From NCBI GenBank assembly GCA_041662565.1, contig JBAZSE010000005.1, positions 402 through 64,401 of the forward strand: 64,000 bases of DNA. Reading direction: 5' to 3'. The notes beneath the pieces were generated by a model. That model was not told the DNA's origin, made no database searches, and saw only the letters and a list, made by a program, of their open reading frames with translations. This DNA is from Patescibacteria group bacterium (GTDB lineage Bacteria > Patescibacteriota > Patescibacteriia > UBA1558 > UBA10009). A program made the translations under genes and the position numbers. Below, one piece after another: positions 20,883 through 29,832 of this stretch (its first letter is position 1; each line of letters begins with the position of its first letter).

Positions 20883-21797
20883 ATGCCCCAGGCAACACGA
20901 GACATTAAAAGAAGAATCAAATCCGTAGGCAACACCAAAAAGGTGACAAAAGCCATGGAAATGGTTTCGGCCGCCAAGATGCGTAAAAGCGTGGCGAATG
21001 TTTTGGCATCTCGCAGTTATGCTTCGCTCGCCGGCGATTTAATTATGCATTTATCCGCTAGAACCGATTCTAAATACCATCCTTTATTGCGCGCAAATCA
21101 CGGTGCTGGAAAAATAGGTTTGATTTTAGTCACTTCCAATCGTGGTCTTTGCGGGGGCTTTAATAACCAAATTATCAATCAAGCCATTAAGTTTATAAAA
21201 CTCCAGCATCAAGGAGAAGCTCAAGTTGAAGTGGTGGCTATGGGTAAAAAGGGGCGCGAAGCCATGGTTAAAACCAAGCAAAATATGGTTGCGGATTTTA
21301 ATAAAATGGATATTACCACCGATATGACTGTTATTGCTCCTTTGGCCAAATTGGTGATTAACGATTATTTAGCCGGCAAATATGATAAAGTAATGGTTGC
21401 TTATACCGATTTTATTTCCGCCCTGGTGCAAAAGCCCAGAATTTTACAGTTACTGCCTTTATCAGGTTTGGCGGAAGATAAGTATTTAGGGCAGGCAGGA
21501 TCGGTAAATAAAGAAATCACTAATGAGCCAATAATGAAGTACGAGTATTTATTTGAACCATCAGCTGATAAGGTTTTGGATCAATTATTGCCCAGAATGT
21601 TGGAAACCCAAATTTACCAAACGATTTTAGAATCAGATGCCGCCGAACACAGTGCCCGTATGGTAGCTATGCGCAACGCTACCGATGCCGCTTCGGATAT
21701 GATTGCCGAATTAACTTTGGTCTTTAATAAAGCCAGACAAGGTTCCATTACGGCCGAGTTAGCGGATATTTCCGGCGGTCGGGCGGCTTTGGAATAG
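20883..21797 (+). CDS. atpG: ATP synthase F1 subunit gamma
   Basis: TKAMEMVSAAK, RGLCG, ARMVAM..ATD, RQGSIT.EL. Confidence 0.98.
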   Translation: MPQATRDIKRRIKSVGNTKKVTKAMEMVSAAKMRKSVANVLASRSYASLAGDLIMHLSARTDSKYHPLLRANHGAGKIGLILVTSNRGLCGGFNNQIINQAIKFIKLQHQGEAQVEVVAMGKKGREAMVKTKQNMVADFNKMDITTDMTVIAPLAKLVINDYLAGKYDKVMVAYTDFISALVQKPRILQLLPLSGLAEDKYLGQAGSVNKEITNEPIMKYEYLFEPSADKVLDQLLPRMLETQIYQTILESDAAEHSARMVAMRNATDAASDMIAELTLVFNKARQGSITAELADISGGRAALE

Positions 21798-21805
21798 TTC
21801 TTTTT

Positions 21806-21838
21806 AAAAAAAGAGCGCTCTCAAAGATTTGAGAGCGC
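21806..21838 (-). terminator. Intrinsic terminator for minus-strand transcript
   Basis: GCGCTCTCAAA/TTTGAGAGCGC stem followed by TCTTTTTTT on minus strand. Confidence 0.8.
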
Positions 21839-21869
21839 CTGATCCAAGATTGTGTCTGTATGAGACACG

Positions 21870-22034
21870 TTAGCCGCTAAGGAAGCGCCTGAATGTTTGT
21901 AATTGAAGCTTGGCTCTATGTTGGCCTGGTTTCAATTTTACTAAAACAACAGGATCTCCCAGCCGATCATTGGCCCATGTTACGGGTGGGCCTTTGGGAA
22001 CTGCGGGTGGTTCAGGATTTCTGTCATTGGACAT
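21870..22034 (-). CDS. Putative 54-aa small protein antisense to atp operon (or structured sRNA)
   Basis: MSNDRNPEPPAVPKGPPVTWANDRLGDPVVLVKLKPGQHRAKLQLQTFRRFLSG between a consensus promoter and a terminator; below ORF-track cutoff. Confidence 0.45.
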   Translation of the reverse strand: MSNDRNPEPPAVPKGPPVTWANDRLGDPVVLVKLKPGQHRAKLQLQTFRRFLSG

Positions 22035-22091
22035 GGCTTTTCCAATATTGGATTGTTGGGTGATACAGATTACTTTATATTAAAACATAAA

Positions 22092-23504
<1,413 letters not shown>

Positions 23505-23507
23505 TAT

Positions 23508-23951
23508 ATGAAAATCAAATTCAAAATAGCCACGCCCGAGCGGGTGGTTTACGAATCCGAAGTTGATCAAGTAACCTTGTCCACGCAAATGGGCGAGATT
23601 ACTGTTTTGCCAAACCATATTCCTTTAGTTAGTTCTCTTAAGCCCGGCGAAATAACGGTTAAAATCGGCAAAGAAGATTTACCCATGGCTATTTCGGGCG
23701 GTTTTGTGGAATTTGCCGAAAATAACATGGTGATTTTAGCCGATACAGCCGAAAGGGTAGAAGAAATTAATGAAGAACGCGCCGAAGCCGGCAGAGCTCG
23801 CGCCAAGGAATTATTGGAAAAACAGGGCTTTGCGGAAAATGTTGATTACACCGCTTTGGCCGCTAAAATGGAAAAAGAATTGGCTCGTTTGCGGGTAGCT
23901 AAAAAATATAAAAATATCCGTAAAGGCCCTCAAATTAAAATTGAGGAATAG
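23508..23951 (+). CDS. atpC: ATP synthase F1 subunit epsilon
   Basis: IATPER, GEITVLPNH.P, ISGGFVE. Confidence 0.96.
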   Translation: MKIKFKIATPERVVYESEVDQVTLSTQMGEITVLPNHIPLVSSLKPGEITVKIGKEDLPMAISGGFVEFAENNMVILADTAERVEEINEERAEAGRARAKELLEKQGFAENVDYTALAAKMEKELARLRVAKKYKNIRKGPQIKIEE

Positions 23952-23956
23952 GGTTA

Positions 23957-24036
23957 CGCGGATTATATTGATTTTATTACAGATTACACGGATGCTCTAT
24001 CTGTGTAATCTGTTTTTTATATCCGTAAAATCCGTG
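23957..24036. repeat. Imperfect palindrome of ACAGATTACACGGAT / ATCTGTGTAATCTGT type
   Basis: Inverted repeat built from ~9-nt units immediately after atpC. Confidence 0.7.
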
Positions 24037-24039
24037 AAT

Positions 24040-24621
24040 AAAAAAAGACCGCCGAGAACGAGATGGTCTAAGTCAGAGTGGTTGATTTTCTGACTGACTT
24101 CTCGCTCAAGGCGGTGTGGGAGTTCGGCCCCCTCTAGCCGAACAAAGGGTTCGGCGCCGCGTGAATCCACGGTGTGCTTAAGACCGCTTTGTCTTTCTGG
24201 TTTGAAAGACAAAATACGCGGCGCCGAAAAATGAGGCGCTACCAAACCTCTGAACCAGCTTCCTCTCCACCAAGAAAGGGGGTAAGGTAGCGCCGAAAAA
24301 TCCTAAGGCAAGGGGTAGAAACTGTTCAATCTGCACTAACTATAATTGATGCGTTGCCGCGGGCCTCCGAGGGAGGGTGGGAGGTGCCGATTACATCAAT
24401 CATGTTTAAGCATGCTAACCCTTGCCTTATTGAAGGCAGTTAATTACTTGGTCGCGTTCGGTGAGGATGCCGAACTCAATTAACTGCCTGAAACTCCAGG
24501 CGTTTTTTGCAGAATGGGCGAAACATTGCATAAACGCCTTTAGAGGCGGCTTGCCGGGGTGCTGGCGCAGGCAGGAGTATGAACCTAAGCCAACCAAGCC
24601 GCAAACAAAAAGTACACCTAC
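24040..24621 (-). ncRNA. Candidate large structured ncRNA (~580 nt, eight hairpin domains)
   Basis: Eight consecutive stems with perfect 6-13-bp closing helices, GC-rich in AT-rich context, minus-strand promoter and U-tract end, no convincing ORF. Confidence 0.6.
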
Positions 24622-24627
24622 ACTTTT

Positions 24628-24655
24628 ACCTTAACATATTGGAAAAATTCGTCAA
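24628..24655 (-). promoter_or_regulatory. sigma70-type promoter for candidate ncRNA
   Basis: TTGACG-N16-TAAGGT with extended -10 TG. Confidence 0.55.
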
Positions 24656-24692
24656 ATTTTCGGCCTTTTTCAACATCAATTATATGTGCTAA

Positions 24693-24733
24693 ACCCCGCA
24701 CCGCATTTCTTGCCAAGAAAAGCGGTGCGGGGT
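24693..24733. repeat. REP-like hairpin just upstream of helicase gene
   Basis: ACCCCGCACCGC...GCGGTGCGGGGT. Confidence 0.7.
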
Positions 24734-24744
24734 AAAATACCAGC

Positions 24745-27700
24745 ATGACTTACGCTGATTCTCTTAATCCGGAGCAAAAAAAGGCCGTAGAATACACCAA
24801 GGGCCCGCTATTAATCGTGGCCGGCGCCGGTACCGGTAAAACAACGGTTATCTGCGAACGGATCAATTTTTTAATTACCAAAAAAAATTTACAGCCCAAT
24901 CAAATTTTAGCCCTAACTTTTACCGAAAAAGCCGCCGCCGAAATGGAAGAAAGGGTGGATAAAGCCCTGCCTTACGGTTATATCGATTTATGGATTTCCA
25001 CCTTCCACAGTTTTGCCGAAAGATTATTACATGAGCATGGTTTGGATATCGGCTTAAGCGATGATTTTAAATTATTGGATCAAACCGCTTCCTGGCTGTT
25101 GGTGCGCAATAATTTGGATAAATTCAATTTGGATTATTACCGACCGCTGGGCAATCCCAATAAATTCATCCATGCGTTGTTAAAGCATTTTTCCAAATGC
25201 AAAGATGAACTTATCAAACCAAAAGATTATTTGGACTACGCTGAATCATACCGTTTGGATAATGATTTAAGAAAAGATGAATCCGCCTTCGCCAAGGCTT
25301 CGTCGGACCAAGGGGATGCCGCCATGGAAGTTAAGCGTTTGGAAGAACTAGCTAATGCTTATCATGTTTATCAGCAGTTGTTGCTGGATAATAATTATTT
25401 GGATTTTGGCGACTTAATTAATTATGTGTATGAGCTTTTTTTAAAGCGTCCGCAAATTTTAAAAAAATACCAAGAGCAGTTTAAATACATTTTGGTTGAT
25501 GAATTTCAGGATACCAATTACGCCCAGTACCAATTAATCAAGCTTTTGGCCGGAACAAAAAATAACGTCACGGTAGTGGGGGATGACGACCAATCAATTT
25601 ATAAATTCCGCGGGGCTTCTATTTCTAATATTTTGGAATTTAAAAAAGATAACCCCAAATGCTTGGAAATTTATTTAACCACCAATTACCGGACCAAGCA
25701 GAATATTTTGGATGTTGCCTATAAGTTTATCCAGCTTAATAATCCCAATCGGTTGGAAGCGCAGTTAAAAATCAAAAATAAATCGAGCTCAGCTCGACAA
25801 AGCTCAAAGCTCAAGACTCCAGCCAAAAGTTCAAGATCAAAATTTACCAAAGAGTTAATCGCTTCCAGAACAGGGCAGGGGATTATTGAGCATTTGCACG
25901 CGCCAACGCTGGATGACGAGGTGGCAATGGTGATCAATAAAATCGGCCAGCTTTATCAAAAAGAACAGGGTCTTTCGTGGTCCAATTTTGCCATTTTAGT
26001 TAGAGCTAACGATCAGGCCAGGCCGTTTATCGAGGCCCTGGAAAGAGCGGCTGTGCCTTACCAATTTGTGGCTTCCCGCGGGCTTTATGCCAAACCCTTG
26101 GTGTTAAATTTAATTGCTTTTCTGCGCTTGTTGGATAACTACCATGAATCCGATGCTATGTACCGCTATTTAACTTTACCGATTTTTGCCTTACCTCAAG
26201 CGGAATTGATTAAAATCACCCACGAAGCCAATAAAAAAAGATGGACTTTATACGAAACCGTTAAACAGGTTCGTTACTTATTGCATCTATCGCCTGATGC
26301 GCAAAAAGGTCTGGATGTGGCTTTAAATTTTTTGGAAAAATATCTGGCCCGCGCCAAAACGGAAAAATGCAGCCGTTTGGTTTTTGATTTTTTAAACGAA
26401 TCAAATTATTTAAAATATATCGATACCTTACCCGAAGGCAAAAAGCGCCAAGAATTTTCTTATCTTTCCCAGTTTTACAAGCGCATTAAAACTTTTGAAG
26501 AAATCAATGATGATAAATCGGTTAAAAATTTCCTCAACCAGTTGGGTTTGGAATTGGAATCAGGCGAGCAGGGTGATCTGGCGGCCTTAAACGAAGATGA
26601 AGGTCCGGAAATGGTTAAAGTGATGACGGTGCACAGTGCCAAGGGTTTGGAATTTAAATATGTTTTTATCGTTAATTTGGTGGATATGCGCTTTCCCACT
26701 CGTGAGCGGCACGATCCTATCCAATTGCCCGATAAATTAATTAAAGAAATTGTGCCGGAAGGGGATATTCATTTGCAGGAAGAAAGACGATTGTTTTACG
26801 TTGGTTTAACCCGTGCTCGCGACGGTTTGTTTTTAACTTCGGCCGAAGATTACGGCGGGGTTAAAAAGAAAAAGATTTCCGTTTTTTTAACCGACCTTGG
26901 GTTCAAGCAGCCGGAGCATTTAACTTTTGTTAAAGAAAAATTGGAAACAGTGGAACAAGTGCAAGGTACTGCCAAAGAAACGATTAAAGAATTTTTGCCA
27001 GCCAAATTTTCTTTCACCCAAATCAAGGATTTTCTTGCTTGTCCTCGGTCGTATTATTACAAATACATATTAAAAGTCCCTATGCAGGGTAATAATTATT
27101 TTAGCTTTGGTTCTTCCATTCACCTGTCTTTGCAAAAATTTTACGAAGAAGTCAAAAGAAGAAAGGGAAGCGCGCAAACCGGTTTGTTTGGTCCGGTTTC
27201 GCAACCGAATTTGTTTGGCCAGAGTAATGTTTTAACTCAAGGGGACCCCTCGACGCGGCTCGGGGCAGTTCTCAAATCCTCTAGCCCAAAGTTAATTCGC
27301 GATTTAATTAGTTTAGAGGAGTTAATTAAATTTTACCAAGAGAACTGGATCGAGGACTGGTATGCTTCAAAAGAGCAGAAAGAAAAATATTTCAAATTAG
27401 GCAAGGAAATTTTAAAAAACTTTTACCATAGCGATTATTTGGAGCAATCCAATCCGGTTTATTTGGAAAAAGGTTTTGGTATTAAAGTGGGTGAATTTAG
27501 TTTAACCGGTAAAATTGATAGAATAGACCGCGTGCAAAACGGTTTAAAGATTATTGATTATAAAACCGGCCAACCCAAGGAAAAATTGGAAGCCGATGAT
27601 AAAGACCAGTTGTTAATTTACCAAATGGCTGCTGCGCAATTGTTTAACGAACCAATAGGTGAGCTGGCTTATTATTATTTGGAAAACGATACTCAAGTGG

Positions 27701-27837
27701 TTTTTTTGGGTAAGGAAAAGGATATGGAAAAATTGCAAGAAAAAATTATCACCACCATCAATCAAATCAGAGATTTTGACTTTTTGGCCTTTGTAGAGAG
27801 CCACGGACAGTGTGATTATTGCAAAGAGATTATTTAA
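24745..27837 (+). CDS. UvrD/PcrA-family SF1 helicase fused to C-terminal PD-(D/E)XK (RecB-like) nuclease
   Basis: AGAGTGKT, DEFQDTN, GDDDQSIY.FRGA, TVHSAKGLEF, EERRLFYV; C-terminal CP..YY, GKIDRID, IIDYKTG, QL.IY. Confidence 0.94.
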   Translation: MTYADSLNPEQKKAVEYTKGPLLIVAGAGTGKTTVICERINFLITKKNLQPNQILALTFTEKAAAEMEERVDKALPYGYIDLWISTFHSFAERLLHEHGLDIGLSDDFKLLDQTASWLLVRNNLDKFNLDYYRPLGNPNKFIHALLKHFSKCKDELIKPKDYLDYAESYRLDNDLRKDESAFAKASSDQGDAAMEVKRLEELANAYHVYQQLLLDNNYLDFGDLINYVYELFLKRPQILKKYQEQFKYILVDEFQDTNYAQYQLIKLLAGTKNNVTVVGDDDQSIYKFRGASISNILEFKKDNPKCLEIYLTTNYRTKQNILDVAYKFIQLNNPNRLEAQLKIKNKSSSARQSSKLKTPAKSSRSKFTKELIASRTGQGIIEHLHAPTLDDEVAMVINKIGQLYQKEQGLSWSNFAILVRANDQARPFIEALERAAVPYQFVASRGLYAKPLVLNLIAFLRLLDNYHESDAMYRYLTLPIFALPQAELIKITHEANKKRWTLYETVKQVRYLLHLSPDAQKGLDVALNFLEKYLARAKTEKCSRLVFDFLNESNYLKYIDTLPEGKKRQEFSYLSQFYKRIKTFEEINDDKSVKNFLNQLGLELESGEQGDLAALNEDEGPEMVKVMTVHSAKGLEFKYVFIVNLVDMRFPTRERHDPIQLPDKLIKEIVPEGDIHLQEERRLFYVGLTRARDGLFLTSAEDYGGVKKKKISVFLTDLGFKQPEHLTFVKEKLETVEQVQGTAKETIKEFLPAKFSFTQIKDFLACPRSYYYKYILKVPMQGNNYFSFGSSIHLSLQKFYEEVKRRKGSAQTGLFGPVSQPNLFGQSNVLTQGDPSTRLGAVLKSSSPKLIRDLISLEELIKFYQENWIEDWYASKEQKEKYFKLGKEILKNFYHSDYLEQSNPVYLEKGFGIKVGEFSLTGKIDRIDRVQNGLKIIDYKTGQPKEKLEADDKDQLLIYQMAAAQLFNEPIGELAYYYLENDTQVVFLGKEKDMEKLQEKIITTINQIRDFDFLAFVESHGQCDYCKEII

Positions 27838-27838
27838 T

Positions 27839-27865
27839 AAAAAAAGCCCGGGAAAATCCAGGCTT
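27839..27865 (-). terminator. Intrinsic terminator of minus-strand orphan gene
   Basis: AAGCCTGG-ATTTTC-CCGGGCTT then TTTTT on minus strand. Confidence 0.7.
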
Positions 27866-27889
27866 AACAATCAGTCAATAAACTTTTCG

Positions 27890-28225
27890 CTATTCGTAAT
27901 AGGCAAAGCCACTGATTGTGTAGCAAAATTGAGATTTAGTATTATTCATCCCTTTTCTGCCATCTGTAATTCGTGTCGTCGGAAATTGTTCCAAAAGTCT
28001 GACTGCAGTCGCTTTCATTTTTAGAAGTTTTACGACCATAGTGCATTCGGCATCAATTTTTGCTGACTCCGAAGCATCAGGTTCATCCTCTGGCCGTTGA
28101 CTTGAGGAATAACCCGCAACTTTAAATTTAATGCCTCCTTCTCGGGCTGTTGTGATTAACAATATCCCATTCTTTTGGAGTAATTCTGCCAAAGTCGATT
28201 TTGATGAATTCATTAACGAATTCAT
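27890..28225 (-). CDS. Orphan hypothetical protein (111 aa)
   Basis: AGGAG SD 7 nt before ATG; own promoter TTGACA-N17-TAAAGT (28320-28292) and terminator. Confidence 0.65.
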   Translation of the reverse strand: MNSLMNSSKSTLAELLQKNGILLITTAREGGIKFKVAGYSSSQRPEDEPDASESAKIDAECTMVVKLLKMKATAVRLLEQFPTTRITDGRKGMNNTKSQFCYTISGFAYYE

Positions 28226-28376
28226 GGTTGATTCTCCTGATTTTTTCTTTTGTTGTGTTAAGAATGTAAGTTATTTGTCCGATTTATTGGTACTTTATGT
28301 TGATTTAAAACAATTGTCAAGAGGTTGATAATTTTAAGCCTTGCCATAAATCCCAAAAGTTAGTAAAATAATCCAT

Positions 28377-28766
28377 ATGACTATCAAGCAATATCTCTGG
28401 TTAATGTTGATGGGCACGGCTCTGTGTTTGGGTGGATTTGTTTTAGTCCTGTTTTTTATTAATCCGGAAACGGTCGGCAACTTGGGTTTGATTTTGTTTT
28501 ATGCCAGCTTGTTTTTGTCTTTAACGGGCTTGCTGGCTTTATTAAGTTATTTTTTTCGACTGATTTTTAATCGGATCTACACTAAAACCGAAAAAGTCCA
28601 GGTTTCCTTTCGTCAGTCGGTTTTTTTTGCCTTTGTGATTGTGGGTTCGTTATTTTTGCAATCCCATGGCTTAATGACTTGGCTTAATAGTTTACTTTTG
28701 GTAGCTTTGGTAACTTTTTTGGAATTTATCATTTTGTCTTTAAAAAAAGAAAGTGTTTCTCAGTAA
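28377..28766 (+). CDS. Hypothetical 4-TM membrane protein
   Basis: Hydrophobic helices, NP and FRQ motifs; co-oriented with pheS. Confidence 0.8.
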   Translation: MTIKQYLWLMLMGTALCLGGFVLVLFFINPETVGNLGLILFYASLFLSLTGLLALLSYFFRLIFNRIYTKTEKVQVSFRQSVFFAFVIVGSLFLQSHGLMTWLNSLLLVALVTFLEFIILSLKKESVSQ

Positions 28767-28775
28767 TAAATCTTT

Positions 28776-29822
28776 ATGGAAGATAAGTTAAAAAAACTTA
28801 AAAATCAGGCCTTGGCAGAAATCAAAAAACTCGGTCTTAATAAAGTTGAAGGGTCCAAAATTTTGGCCGAGCTGAAAAAATTAGAAACCAAATATTTGGG
28901 CCGAAAAGGCGAATTAACCTTTATGTTAAGGGGGGTTAAGGATTTGGCTTTGCAAGAAAAACCCAAACTGGGTCAATTGGCCAATGAAATCAAACTGGAA
29001 CTGGAAAAAGTTATCAAAGAGGTGGAGCAAGGATTAAAAAGCCAAAAAAACGATGAATCTTTAAGCCATTGGCTGGATGTTACTTTGCCCGGTGTTAAAA
29101 CAACGCTCGGGCATTTGCACCCCATTACGATAGTAACCCGACAGTTGGAAGATATTTTTATCAAAATGGGTTTTATGGTGTTGGAAGGCCCGGAATTGGA
29201 ATCGGAGTATTATAATTTTGAAACTCTTAATATTCCGGCCACTCATCCGGCGCGCGATATTCAGGATACTTTTTACATTAAAGATAATCCGGGCTGGCTT
29301 TTGCGCACGCAAACTTCCAACCAGCAAGTTAGGGCAATGGAAAAATATGGTGCACCTTTGCGCGCTATTTTTCCCGGCCGGGTTTTTAGATGCGAAGCCA
29401 CCGATGTTAGGCATGATCATACTTTTTATCAGTTGGAAGGTTTAATGATCGGCAAGGATATTTCCATTGCCCATTTGATTACTTCCATGAAAATCATGTT
29501 AAAGGGCATTTTTAAAAAAGAAGTAAAAGTCCGCTTGCGCCCCGGTTATTTTCCTTTTGTCGAACCGGGCTTTGAAGTGGATGTTAGTTGTTTGTTATGC
29601 GATGGCGAGGGTTGCGGCGTTTGTAAAAAAACCGGCTGGGTGGAAATGATCGGCGCAGGCCTAGTTCATCCGCGTGTTTTGGAAGCCGGCGGATTAGACC
29701 CCAAAATTTGGTCGGGCTTTGCTTTTGGCATGGGCATAAACAGGTTGGTGATGATGAAATACGGCATAGACGATATTAGATTGTTTATGTCCGGCGATTT
29801 AAGATTTTTAGAACAATTTTAA
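28776..29822 (+). CDS. pheS: Phenylalanine--tRNA ligase alpha subunit
   Basis: GHLHP, HPARDIQDTF, YFPFVEP, GFAFGMG. Confidence 0.98.
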   Translation: MEDKLKKLKNQALAEIKKLGLNKVEGSKILAELKKLETKYLGRKGELTFMLRGVKDLALQEKPKLGQLANEIKLELEKVIKEVEQGLKSQKNDESLSHWLDVTLPGVKTTLGHLHPITIVTRQLEDIFIKMGFMVLEGPELESEYYNFETLNIPATHPARDIQDTFYIKDNPGWLLRTQTSNQQVRAMEKYGAPLRAIFPGRVFRCEATDVRHDHTFYQLEGLMIGKDISIAHLITSMKIMLKGIFKKEVKVRLRPGYFPFVEPGFEVDVSCLLCDGEGCGVCKKTGWVEMIGAGLVHPRVLEAGGLDPKIWSGFAFGMGINRLVMMKYGIDDIRLFMSGDLRFLEQF

Positions 29823-29832
29823 CTGCTGAAAA

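Noticed and set aside
23997-24245. 82-aa minus-strand ORF in the hairpin region
   Set aside because: TTG start buried in a stem, no SD, runs through the predicted terminator and a palindromic repeat; composition unlike host proteins
24040-24621. RNase P RNA, tmRNA, 6S, SRP or group I/II intron as identity of the structured region
   Set aside because: No GAGGAAAGUCC / AACAGAA P4 motifs, no tRNA-like ends with T-loop (CCACCA at 24267-24272 is internal), no intron catalytic domain recognised; a covariance-model search is still needed to be sure
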